A stretch of 64,000 nt of DNA from an uncultured virus (IMG/VR IMGVR_UViG_3300043570_001981). Lineage: Duplodnaviria > Heunggongvirae > Uroviricota > Caudoviricetes. Below are positions 1 to 10,400 of the stretch, piece after piece. How positions within the stretch are numbered: the first letter of the stretch is position 1; each line of letters starts with the position of its first letter. The translations under genes and the position numbers were made by a program. The DNA is taken from IMG/VR virus record IMGVR_UViG_3300043570_001981. One strand, 5' to 3'. A model generated the notes under the pieces. That model made no database searches. It was not told the origin of the DNA and was given only the letters and a program-made list of their open reading frames with translations.

Positions 1-477
1 TGAAGATCCACTCGATCCTGAAGATCCACTCGATCCTGAAGATCCACTCGATCCTGAAGATCCACTAGATCCTGAAGATCCACTAGATCCACTAGTTCCA
101 CTTGTACCTGATGTACCTGATGTACCTGATGTACCACTAGATCCTGATGATCCGGAAATACCACCAATTACCCAATTAGAACCATTACTTTCTAAATATA
201 AACTTGCGTATTGTGAGAGTGTTTTTGTTAAAGACCCGTCTATTGTTTGAGATGATGTAGTATCAACAGTTATAACACCATTACCACTATTTTTAACAAC
301 GTGTATTTTACCTGTTATGCCAACAGCTGTTGGAAGCGTAACATTAAAAGTACCTGATGTACAATCTATAAAATAATCATCTTGACCTATTGTATAGGTA
401 CCTGTTACTGCTGCATATGGGAAGGTTATACCGCCCAGTGATATTATACCACGTCTGGTGACGAATTCATTAGCCAT
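1..477 (-). CDS. Fibre/structural protein with G-S-S/G-T-S repeats, 5' part only (runs off window start)
   Basis: Not in ORF track. Manual translation from ATG at 477: MANEFVTRRGIISLGGITFPYAAVTGTYTIGQDDYFIDCTSGTFNVTLPTAVGITGKIHVVKNSGNGVITVDTTSSQTIDG...SNGSNWVIGGISGSSGSSGTSGTSG; no stop before position 1. The VTLPTA...VKN...TIDG...SNGSNW block is typical of phage fibre beta modules. Confidence 0.85.
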   Translation of the reverse strand, partial: MANEFVTRRGIISLGGITFPYAAVTGTYTIGQDDYFIDCTSGTFNVTLPTAVGITGKIHVVKNSGNGVITVDTTSSQTIDGSLTKTLSQYASLYLESNGSNWVIGGISGSSGSSGTSGTSGTSGTSGTSGSSGSSGSSGSSGSSGSSGSSGSSGSSGSS

Positions 478-487
478 TTATTTCATT

Positions 488-543
488 TTTCTTTTTTCAC
501 TCTCCAAAAGAAAGGTTGTTTAAGCAGAATATTGCATCTACTT
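488..543 (-). promoter_or_regulatory. Structured 5' leader (two hairpins) of the MANEF gene
   Basis: Minus strand: AAGUAGA-UGCAAUAU-UCUGCUU (543-522), then UUUCUUUU-GGAGAGUGAA-AAAAGAAA (513-488). They lie between a TTATATATA late-type motif (~548-556) and the ATG at 477. Confidence 0.4.
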
Positions 544-615
544 ATCGTATATATAAAAATATAAATGCTATATTTTACAATATGTCTAAAATTTAATGAA
601 ATTAAAAATAAAAAT

Positions 616-3600
616 TTAACTAATTATTCTAACAGAGACTTTTGTATTAAATGTAGATGCTCCAGAAACAACTGCTGTTAAATAAATTATATTTGAAGTG
701 TTAGTAATCACCCAAACAAAATCTGAAGTTGTTGAAGTTAAATCAGTAGTAGAGTTATCAGTAAAAGAAACACCACTATTTAAATCCCAAACAGACATAA
801 CAGTACCAACTCTATAACCACCATTAAATCCGAATCCAGGTTCTTTAGCAACATAATAATCAAAATAACATCCAAATCCAATAGTGTTACTAAATGTACC
901 AACCGTAGTAGTACCAGAAGCAATACCACTAAGCGAATAACTATTTATTCTAAAGATAGATTGTTGTAAAGATAAGACACCATAATTAGATCCTGTTACA
1001 ACACCATCAGCATCATAAGTGAAATTACTATTAGCATAAGCTTGATTTGGTGAAGATCCAGTAGCTGTTATAACTCTATAATCAGATGGATTAATAATTG
1101 TATTAAATCCAGTACCTGAAGTTCCTGCTGATCCACTTGTACCACTAGATCCAGATGACCCGCTTGTACCACTTGAACCGGAAGTACCTGATGATCCGCT
1201 TGTACCACTTGAACCGGAAGTACCAGAAGATCCACTTGTGCCGGAAGAACCTGATGATCCACTCGTTCCACTAGATCCTGATGTACCAGAAGAGCCATCA
1301 GATCCATCAACACCACTCAATCCTGAAGATCCTGAAGATCCTGAAGATCCTGAAGATCCTGAAGATCCACTAGATCCTGATGATCCACTTGTTCCTGATG
1401 ATCCTGAAGTACCACTAGATCCTGAAGATCCACTTGTACCTGAACTACCACTTGTACCACTAGATCCTGATGTTCCGGAAGATCCTGAAGATCCACTTGT
1501 GCCTGAAGTTCCTGATGAACCACTAGATCCACTTGTTCCTGAAGTACCCGATGATCCACTTGTACCGCTTGATCCTGAACTACCACTTGTTCCTGAAGTT
1601 CCGGAAGATCCTGATGAACCACTAGATCCACTTGTACCTGAAGTACCAGACGATCCTGATGTTCCGGAAGATCCTGATGTGCCTGAACTACCACTTGTAC
1701 CCGATGATCCATCAGTTCCATCAACTCCATTAACTCCGCTAACACCGCTTGATCCTGAACTACCACTTGTACCAGAGGTTCCTGATGATCCACTTGATCC
1801 TGAAGATCCTGAAGTACCTGATGACCCACTAGATCCACTTGTACCAGAGGTTCCTGAAGATCCACTCGATCCACTTGTGCCTGAAGTTCCAGAAGATCCT
1901 GAAGATCCACTTGTACCAGAGGTTCCTGAAGACCCACTAGATCCAGATGTACCTGAAGTACCTGAAGAACCACCAGATCCACTTGTACCTGATGTTCCTG
2001 AAGAACCGGAAGTACCTGAAGAACCACCAGATCCACTTGTACCTGAAGAGCCACTTGTACCTGATGATCCACTAGATCCTGAAGATCCACTTGTACCAGA
2101 AGTACCAGATGATCCTGAACTACCACTTGTACCGGATGTGCCTGATGATCCACTTGTACCTGATGTTCCTGAAGTGCCTGAAGATCCTGAACTACCACTT
2201 GTACCGGATGTGCCTGATGATCCACTAGATCCACTTGTACCAGAAGTACCACTAGATCCTGATGTTCCTGAACTACCACTTGTTCCTGAGCTACCATCAG
2301 ATCCATCAACACCACTTAAACCTGATGATCCACTAGATCCTGATGACCCACTAGATCCACTTGCACCAGAAGTACCGCTAGATCCAGAAGATCCACTTGT
2401 GCCTGAAGTACCAGATGATCCACTTGTACCGGAAGTACCAGATGATCCTGAACTACCGCTTGTGCCTGAAGTACCACTAGATCCTGAACTACCGCTTGTA
2501 CCAGATGTACCACTAGATCCTGAACTGCCACTTGTACCTGAAGTCCCGGAAGATCCTGATGATCCACTTGTACCTGAAGTTCCTGATGATCCCGAACTAC
2601 CACTTGTACCGGATGTACCAGATGAACCACTTGTTCCACTTGTTCCACTAGATCCTGATGTTCCTGATGTTCCTGAAGATCCACTTGTGCCGGATGTTCC
2701 ACTTGACCCAGATGATCCACTTGTCCCTGAGCTACCATCAGATCCATCAACACCACTTAATCCTGAAGACCCTGAAGATCCTGAAGATCCTGATGTACCT
2801 GAAGATCCTGAAGATCCACTTGTACCGGATGTTCCACTAGATCCTGAAGACCCACTTGTACCAGATGAGCCTGATGAACCACTAGATCCACTTGTACCTG
2901 ATGTACCTGATGTACCTGATGATCCAGAAGATCCACTTGTACCAGAAGTACCACTAGATCCTGAAGATCCACTTGTTCCTGAAGATCCACTTGTTCCTGA
3001 AGATCCACTTGTTCCACTAGATCCGTCAGTTCCGTCGACACCATCTATACCACTTATACCTGATGTACCGGAAGTTCCACTTGATCCACTTATACCCGAT
3101 GTTCCACTTGATCCACTCGATCCTGATGATCCACTTGTACCAGAAGTACCTGATGATCCACTTGTACCGGATGAACCACTTGTACCTGAGCTACCATCAG
3201 ATCCATCAACACCACTTAATCCTGAAGATCCTGAAGTTCCTGAAGTTCCTGAAGATCCACTTGTACCGGATGTTCCACTAGATCCTGAAGATCCACTTGT
3301 ACCGGATGTACCGCTTGATCCGGAAGATCCACTTGTACCGGAAGATCCACTAGATCCAGATGAACCACTTGTACCTGATGATCCACTAGATCCTGAAGAT
3401 CCACTTGTACCAGAAGTACCACTAGATCCAGATGATCCACTTGTACCGGATGTTCCTGAACTACCACTAGACCCTGAAGTACCACTCGATCCATCAGTTC
3501 CATCAACACCATTAACACCACTAACACCACTTGTTCCTGATGTTCCTGAAGATCCACTTGTACCAGAAGATCCACTCGATCCACTTGTTCCTGAAGTACC

Positions 3601-6600
3601 AGATGACCCTGATGATCCACTTGTTCCTGAAGTACCAGATGACCCTGATGATCCACTTGTTCCTGAAGTACCGCTAGATCCAGAAGATCCACTTGTACCG
3701 GATGTACCTGATGATCCACTAGATCCACTTGTGCCTGATGTCCCTGATGTACCACTAGATCCAGATGAACCACTTGTACCGGATGAACCACTTGTACCGG
3801 AAGAACCATCAGATCCATCAACACCACTTAATCCTGATGATCCTGAAGATCCACTTGTGCCTGATGTTCCCGAAGATCCTGACGTTCCCGAAGATCCTGA
3901 TGATCCACTTGTTCCTGAAGTTCCTGAAGATCCACTTGTGCCTGATGTACCGGATGATCCACTAGATCCTGATGTACCAGAAGTACCACTAGATCCTGAA
4001 GATCCACTTGTACCAGAAGTACCTGATGATCCTGAACTACCACTTGTACCAGAAGTACCACTAGATCCTGAATATCCACTTGTACCAGAAGTACCAGATG
4101 ACCCACTAGATCCTGATGTACCAGAAGTACCTGATGATCCTGAACTACCACTTGTACCGGATGTACCTGAATATCCACTTGTACCAGAAGATCCGTCAGT
4201 TCCATCAACACCATCTATACCACTTGTACCACTTGATCCTGATGATCCTGATGAACCACTTGTACCACTTGATCCTGATGTACCAGAAGTACCACTTGAT
4301 CCTGAAGATCCACTTGTACCTGATGTTCCTGAAGATCCACTTGTACCACTTGATCCTGAAGTACCGGATGACCCTGATGATCCACTTGTTCCTGAAGTAC
4401 CGGAAGATCCACTTGTTCCTGAAGTACCGGAAGATCCACTTGTTCCTGAAGTACCGGAAGATCCACTTGTTCCAGCTGATCCATCAGATCCAGAAATGAC
4501 CATTAAATCCCAATCAGGACTAACATCTGGAGATGATGAAGTTGGACCAATACTATATGTTACTGCTATATAAACTTTATAAGGAGAACCATGTTTAACA
4601 ACATCATTAAGACCATAAGGTGTAATTGAAGTCCAATCACCTACCCAATTTAATCCTATACCAGATGCACCACTTGTACCGGAACTACCACTAGATCCAC
4701 TTGTGCCTGATGTACCTGAAGATCCTGAACTACCACTTGTTCCTGAAGTACCCGAAGATCCACTTGTACCCGATGATCCATCAGTTCCATCAACTCCATT
4801 AACTCCACTAACACCGCTTGATCCTGAACTACCACTTGTACCAGAGGTTCCTGATGATCCACTTGATCCTGAAGATCCTGAAGATCCTGAAGTACCTGAT
4901 GACCCACTAGATCCACTTGTACCTGAAGTACCTGACGATCCTGAACTACCACTTGTGCCAGAAGTACCTGACGATCCTGAACTACCACTTGTACCGGAAG
5001 TACCACTTGATCCCGAAGTTCCTGATGTGCCACTAGATCCGGATGATCCACTTGTACCGGAAGTGCCTGAAGATCCTGAACTACCACTTGTACCAGAAGT
5101 ACCTGACGATCCTGAACTACCACTTGTACCTGACGTACCGGAAGATCCTGAACTACCACTTGTACCAGATGTACCACTAGTACCACTTGATCCATCAGTA
5201 CCATCAACACCATCTATACCACTTATACCGGATGTACCTGACGATCCAGAAGAACCACTTGTACCTGAAGTTCCAGATGATCCACTAGATCCACTAGATC
5301 CACTTGTACCTGATGTGCCACTAGATCCAGAAGATCCACTTGTTCCCGACGTTCCGCTCGATCCAGAAGATCCACTTGTTCCCGACGTTCCGCTCGATCC
5401 AGAAGACCCACTTGTTCCCGACGTTCCGCTCGATCCAGAAGATCCACTTGTACCGGAAGTACCTGATGATCCTGAACTACCACTTGTACCTGATGTACCT
5501 GAAGATCCCGAACTACCACTTGTACCTGAAGTTCCAGATGATCCACTAGATCCACTTGTACCGGAAGTGCCCGATGATCCTGAACTACCACTTGTACCTG
5601 ATGTACCTGAAGATCCCGAACTACCACTTGTACCTGAAGTTCCAGATGATCCACTAGATCCACTTGTACCAGAAGTACCTGATGATCCACTTGTACCGCT
5701 AGATCCTGATAATCCACTTGTACCAGAAGTACCTGACGATCCTGAATATCCACTTGTACCTGAAGTTCCCGAAGATCCTGAACTACCACTTGTACCTGAT
5801 GTACCACTAGATCCTGATGATCCACTTGTACCAGAAGTACCTGACGATCCTGAATATCCACTTGTACCGGAAGTGCCGGAAGATCCTGAACTACCACTTG
5901 TACCGGAAGTACCTGACGATCCTGAAGTTCCACTTGTACCAGAGGTTCCTGATGATCCACTTGTACCAGAAGTACCTGATGATCCTGATAATCCACTTGT
6001 ACCAGAAGTACCTGACGACCCAGAAGATCCGCTTGTTCCACTTGTACCTGATGATCCTGAAGATCCACTTGTACCAGAAGTACCGCTAGATCCAGAAGAT
6101 CCGCTTGTTCCACTTGTACCTGATGATCCTGAAGATCCACTTGTACCAGAAGTGCCGCTAGATCCAGAAGATCCACTTGTACCAGAAGTACCTGATGAAC
6201 CAGAAGATCCACTTGTACCGGAAGTACCTGATGATCCTGAGCTACCACTTGTACCGGAAGTACCTGATGATCCACTTGTACCTGAAGTTCCGTTTGAACC
6301 ACTTACACTAGAAACCCAAGAAAAAACACCGTCTCCCGAATTCGAAAGAAAATATCCGGCAGTAGCACCACCATTGGACCCAGTATCTAAACTAGAAGCT
6401 GTTAAACTACCAGGTATAACATATGCTGAATAAGTTACACCACTTTGTGTGAAACCAATTGTAGAACTATCTGCAAATGATACTGTACCACCCCCACCAA
6501 ATGTAGCATCGGCTAAAGTTTCACCAATATATCTAAACCCTCTAATATAAAGATTAGACCCAGCTGAGTAATCATTAGAAACAAATAACATACCCATGTC

Positions 6601-7095
6601 ATAGTTGAAAACCCATCCAACTTCACCACCAGACATACCAGTAGTAGTTGATATAAGTGTTCCACTGACAGCAGGATCACCACTATATAAAGCAATTTCA
6701 TACCCACCACTAGGATCACCATTTACTTTCGGCACTCTTTGTGGTTGAATCCATAAATCTAAAATACGAGAAGATCTATCATTATAAGTCTCATAAGCAA
6801 CCCAAGTGCTATTATCACCAGAAGCAACCTGAGTCAATCTAAGCGAACTAAAAGTTCCAGGTGATCTATCTTCTATTATTGACGGCAAAGCAACAGCCGC
6901 AGCTTGAGCAGCAGCTAAATTAGTAGCAGGATAAGCTTTAATTAACTCAAATTGAGTTAGAACTCTAGTAGCATTTATAGAAGGATTGAAAGGAAACTTT
7001 GATTCATACCACTGATTACCCGAAGCAGCATCAATAACGCCACCAGCTTGTACCTTAAAGGTGAGTTTCAGTGCTTCTGCTGTAGTAAATCCCAT
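616..7095 (-). CDS. Giant Gly-X-Y (G-S-S/G-T-S) repeat fibre protein, 2159 aa
   Basis: Globular N-terminus of ~260 aa, two strict Gly-every-third-residue Ser/Thr tracts, a central W-x5-Y-x2-(N)D-V-V module like small carbohydrate-binding/fibre knob domains, and a globular C-terminus. Lies in a structural cluster. Confidence 0.85.
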   Translation of the reverse strand: MGFTTAEALKLTFKVQAGGVIDAASGNQWYESKFPFNPSINATRVLTQFELIKAYPATNLAAAQAAAVALPSIIEDRSPGTFSSLRLTQVASGDNSTWVAYETYNDRSSRILDLWIQPQRVPKVNGDPSGGYEIALYSGDPAVSGTLISTTTGMSGGEVGWVFNYDMGMLFVSNDYSAGSNLYIRGFRYIGETLADATFGGGGTVSFADSSTIGFTQSGVTYSAYVIPGSLTASSLDTGSNGGATAGYFLSNSGDGVFSWVSSVSGSNGTSGTSGSSGTSGTSGSSGSSGTSGTSGSSGSSGTSGTSGSSGSSGTSGTSGSSGSSGTSGTSGSSGSSGTSGTSGSSGSSGTSGTSGSSGSSGTSGTSGLSGSSGTSGTSGSSGTSGTSGTSGSSGTSGTSGSSGSSGTSGTSGYSGSSGTSGTSGSSGSSGTSGTSGSSGSSGTSGTSGYSGSSGTSGTSGLSGSSGTSGSSGTSGTSGSSGSSGTSGTSGSSGSSGTSGTSGSSGSSGTSGTSGSSGSSGTSGTSGSSGSSGTSGTSGSSGSSGTSGTSGSSGSSGTSGTSGSSGSSGTSGTSGSSGSSGTSGTSGSSGSSGTSGTSGSSGSSGSSGTSGTSGSSGSSGTSGISGIDGVDGTDGSSGTSGTSGTSGSSGSSGTSGTSGSSGSSGTSGTSGSSGSSGTSGTSGSSGSSGTSGTSGSSGTSGTSGSSGSSGTSGTSGSSGSSGTSGTSGSSGSSGTSGSSGSSGSSGSSGTSGTSGSSGSSGVSGVNGVDGTDGSSGTSGSSGTSGTSGSSGSSGTSGTSGSSGSSGTSGASGIGLNWVGDWTSITPYGLNDVVKHGSPYKVYIAVTYSIGPTSSSPDVSPDWDLMVISGSDGSAGTSGSSGTSGTSGSSGTSGTSGSSGTSGTSGSSGSSGTSGSSGTSGSSGTSGTSGSSGSSGTSGTSGSSGTSGSSGSSGSSGTSGIDGVDGTDGSSGTSGYSGTSGTSGSSGSSGTSGTSGSSGSSGTSGTSGYSGSSGTSGTSGSSGSSGTSGTSGSSGSSGTSGTSGSSGSSGTSGTSGSSGTSGTSGSSGSSGTSGSSGTSGTSGSSGSSGLSGVDGSDGSSGTSGSSGTSGSSGSSGTSGTSGTSGSSGSSGTSGTSGSSGSSGTSGTSGSSGSSGTSGTSGSSGSSGTSGTSGSSGSSGTSGSSGTSGTSGVSGVNGVDGTDGSSGTSGSSGSSGTSGTSGSSGSSGTSGTSGSSGSSGSSGTSGSSGSSGSSGTSGSSGSSGTSGTSGSSGSSGTSGTSGSSGTSGTSGSSGLSGVDGSDGSSGTSGSSGTSGSSGTSGTSGSSGSSGSSGTSGISGSSGTSGTSGISGIDGVDGTDGSSGTSGSSGTSGSSGTSGSSGSSGTSGTSGSSGSSGTSGTSGTSGSSGSSGSSGTSGSSGSSGTSGTSGSSGSSGTSGSSGSSGSSGLSGVDGSDGSSGTSGSSGSSGTSGTSGSSGTSGTSGSSGTSGTSGSSGTSGTSGSSGSSGTSGTSGSSGSSGTSGTSGSSGSSGTSGTSGSSGSSGTSGTSGSSGSSGTSGTSGSSGTSGTSGSSGSSGTSGASGSSGSSGSSGSSGLSGVDGSDGSSGTSGSSGTSGSSGTSGTSGSSGSSGTSGTSGSSGSSGTSGTSGTSGSSGTSGTSGSSGSSGTSGTSGSSGSSGSSGTSGSSGTSGSGGSSGTSGSSGTSGTSGSGGSSGTSGTSGSSGSSGTSGTSGSSGSSGTSGTSGSSGSSGTSGTSGSSGSSGTSGSSGSSGSSGTSGTSGSSGSSGVSGVNGVDGTDGSSGTSGSSGTSGSSGTSGSSGTSGTSGSSGSSGSSGTSGTSGSSGSSGTSGSSGTSGTSGSSGSSGTSGTSGSSGSSGTSGSSGTSGSSGTSGSSGSSGTSGSSGTSGSSGSSGSSGSSGSSGSSGSSGLSGVDGSDGSSGTSGSSGTSGSSGSSGTSGSSGTSGSSGTSGSSGTSGSSGTSGSSGSSGTSGSAGTSGTGFNTIINPSDYRVITATGSSPNQAYANSNFTYDADGVVTGSNYGVLSLQQSIFRINSYSLSGIASGTTTVGTFSNTIGFGCYFDYYVAKEPGFGFNGGYRVGTVMSVWDLNSGVSFTDNSTTDLTSTTSDFVWVITNTSNIIYLTAVVSGASTFNTKVSVRIIS
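1110..4490 (-). repeat. 9-nt period coding tandem repeat (GSS/GTS), tract A
   Basis: Continuous ccacttgta/cctgaagat/ccactagat-type units with periodic GVDGSDG/GVDGTDG interrupters. Confidence 0.95.
4660..6300 (-). repeat. 9-nt period coding tandem repeat (GSS/GTS), tract B
   Basis: Same units as tract A; includes a near-perfect 36-nt unit repeated three times at ~5335-5445. Confidence 0.95.
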
Positions 7096-7135
7096 TTTAT
7101 ATTAAATTATTTTCTTTTTATTTTACTTATTTTAT

Positions 7136-7144
7136 TATATATTA
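7136..7144 (-). promoter_or_regulatory. Late-type promoter motif TAATATATA
   Basis: Exact motif upstream of the giant fibre gene; one of about 19 exact intergenic copies. Confidence 0.6.
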
Positions 7145-7402
7145 ATTTCCAGAACCAGATGCGTCATCATTTTCAATATTTTCGTTATTTTCATTGATTT
7201 CTTCATTAATTGGATTAATTATAATTTCTTCCCATTCTTGGTCTCTCATAGCATCTGAAAATTGCATCAAAATACTTCCGATATCTGAAATATTTAACTT
7301 AAATACCTCAACTTTGTATTCAGATGTTCTAATTGAAAGATGAGCTAATCCTGATTTTTTTTCTAATTTCAATGAAACTGAACGCTTAAATGTATTATCC
7401 AT
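7142..7402 (-). CDS. Small hypothetical protein, possible fibre assembly chaperone
   Basis: 86 aa with an acidic tail, wedged between two fibre genes. Confidence 0.6.
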   Translation of the reverse strand: MDNTFKRSVSLKLEKKSGLAHLSIRTSEYKVEVFKLNISDIGSILMQFSDAMRDQEWEEIIINPINEEINENNENIENDDASGSGN

Positions 7403-7419
7403 TTTATTTTTATTATTTT

Positions 7420-10400
7420 TTATGTTACAACCGCGGAATCTGTTGTTGAATTGGCGAATGTAACCGTGACATTAATATAATCTATTTTTATAGCAGAGTC
7501 TACTATTTGAAGTTCCATCCAAAATCCGGTAACTGTTGATTTTCCACCAAATGTCCCATTTATTATATTACCATTAGCCCCAATTCCAGTTCTTATTAAT
7601 GATCCCAATGAATCAACACCACCAGCACCATCATCAAATGGAGTACCTGGTGATCCAGAGTTATATAATCCACCATGTAAAGATAAAGGACTGGCAGTTG
7701 GTCCATAATCACCTCCAGTGGTACTTGATATTCTTCTAATGTAAACTTTCAATTGAGAAGCGAGTAAAGCAGCATTGAAATCAGAATAACCACTAGCTGT
7801 TCCACTAAATGTCATAATAAAAGAAGGAATATTTAAAGCAGAAGCTGTATACCATCTTCTATGATATGTAGCTTTTACTTGATACCCAGCTCCTGAGTAG
7901 TCAGGGTTAGCGCCATTCTTGTCTGGTTTATAGCTAGTTAAATTTGGTTGTAAAGTAGAAAGACCTGCAGATAAGAAATATTTATCGGGTCTAACTAAAT
8001 AACCACCAACAACACAAGCATCACAGAAAGGACCCGTACCTGTTTGATTAGATATACTAGTACCTAAAGTAGCAGTAGAATCCCAAGCTGAAAATGTAGA
8101 TGATCCTCTAACTAATCTTTCTGTTTCACCATTAAAACTTTCTCCTAATCTTGTAGAACTATCCGAAACTTGGTCAATTAAAACTGAACTGCTTGTTGAT
8201 GAAATACCCAATCCTGTACCCCAAGGATCAAAAGGTTGAGATACAGCAGCCGCACCAGATCCTCTATATCTATAGGTTGATGAACTCGATATAGCCCAAC
8301 TTGTATATGAATAAGTAATACCAGTATTATCATAATTATTTAACCAACCAACAAAAGTACCAACACTTGGAGACCAAGCTGTTAAAGTTGTAGTTGCTAA
8401 GTTATAATTTGGTGCTGTAATTTGAAAGTTTTTTGTAACACCACTTGAAAAGCCTTGAGTATTTTTATTTAAGTTATTAATATCAGTTGTTGTTATTTCA
8501 AATTGTGAACCAGTTATATAATATTCAACACCACTTATGTGTTTAGTTAAAATATTAGAAGAGTTTGTTGACTCTACAATAGAAGTTGTACCACCAATTG
8601 AAGGAGTATTTGGATTAGTATCATAGAAAACATCCGATGTTGTAGCAGTATATGTTGAACCACCATCAGTAACAGTATCTGTTATAAACCTAACTCGAAC
8701 ACTATATCTACCACCGTCTAAACTATAAGCCGCAAATATTGTAGCCATATTAACAGATACACTGACAGATGCTTTATATTTCGTAGTATATATAGATGGG
8801 AACCCACTATCATCAGTAGCATATGAGCCTATAGTAACTATTATACCAGCACTATTATTATGTGTAGCATTTTGGTATAGAGTAGGGGTTGTATATGTAG
8901 AGAATGTAGCCACTCCATTAGCTCTATAAACATCAACAATTACTCTAGCATCACCTGAAGATGTTCCACTGAATCCGGTAACCAAACCACCGGTTGTAAA
9001 AGTAGGAGTTGATGTTGTTGTTGATGCTTGATTAGTACCAGCCCAAGCTGTACTAGGAGAACTTCCTGTTTCAAATGGAGTACCTTCACTTGTTGGTGTA
9101 CTTATTCTAACAGTAGCCGTTGTTAATGTTCTAGTAACCGTACCTGTAGTATTACCATCAACTGTATTAAAGTGAGAAGCATAAACAGCTGCAGGTGGAG
9201 CTGGAATCCAGACAGTAACACTATTTGAACTTGTAGGAGCTCCCGCTAAAACACCCATAGCCGTACCCCCATAATTAGGTGTTGTTACTAAACCACCTCT
9301 AAATATAATATTCTCAATATTACTAAATGTAGTACCATTACTATAATCAGAAACTGAAAGATTAGCCGATGCTGCTCCAGGAGCAACCCAAGCAAAATTA
9401 CCATCTGATGTATTTGATAAGACATAACCAGCAGTAGCTCCACCACTATATCCAGTATTTAGAACAGATGCTGTTAAACTATTAATATTTACACTAGCTG
9501 ATGCTGAAAGACCACTTGTAATACTTTGTGTAGAAAATGAAATTGTATCTGTGTTGTGAAATTCAACAGATGCTGAATTACCGGATGTACCACTAGATCC
9601 TGACGTACCACTTGTACCACTTGTACCACTTGTACCGGAAGTTCCTGATGAACCATCGATACCGCTTGTACCGGAAGTACCAGAAGATCCAGCGACAGAG
9701 GGAAGCCATACAAAATTACCATCAGCAGTGTTTGATAAAAAATAACCAGCAGTAGCACCACCACTTGTTCCAGTATTTAAAACAGATGCAGTCAAACTAC
9801 CATCTAAAATATAAGCTGAATAAGTTATACCACTTTGTGTAAATCCAATTGTTGAACTTGTACCAAAAGAAACTTCAGCAGCGAATGAATAATCATTTAA
9901 TGTCTGACCAACATATTGCCAAGCAATTGCTCTAGGACCACCTGTAGTGATACTTTGAATATAAGCTTGTTTAGAAAGTATTGGTAATAGTTGAAAAGCA
10001 TCACTATCAAATTGAAAACCTAATCCGTTTGTTGCATCTTTTGGAGTATTACCAATTTGAAATCTAATTAAACCAGAAAAATAATCAACCTCATAAAAAG
10101 CGTTATCATATGATATAGCCGGTGGAATACCACCACTAGGCGAACTATCTCTTCTATATAAAGAAAGAACATATCCAAATGAAGGAGCTCCAAAACTATT
10201 AGGAACATCAACCGGTCCAATTAAAGGCTTAACCCACTCATTAGATGGAACAAAACCATCTGTGAAAGGACTAGGAGTACCAGCATCTAAAAACCAAGTT
10301 TGATAATTTGTTTGTGTTAATGGATAAAGGAAAACAGGAGAAGCAGTAGTACCAATTTGCCTAACTACAATATCATCAGAATACTGAGAAGCTGATGCTA

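Noticed and set aside
1..6300. Repeat tracts as a CRISPR array or non-coding satellite
   Set aside because: No constant repeat with unique spacers; variation is concentrated at wobble positions, as expected for coding sequence.
1238..6433. Very long antisense ORFs (1238..4573, 4703..6433; PEDPLVP...) and alternative-frame VQVDLQD ORFs
   Set aside because: Shadows of the GSS/GTS repeat: those frames rarely or never form stop codons. They end where the repeat ends and have no promoter or start context.
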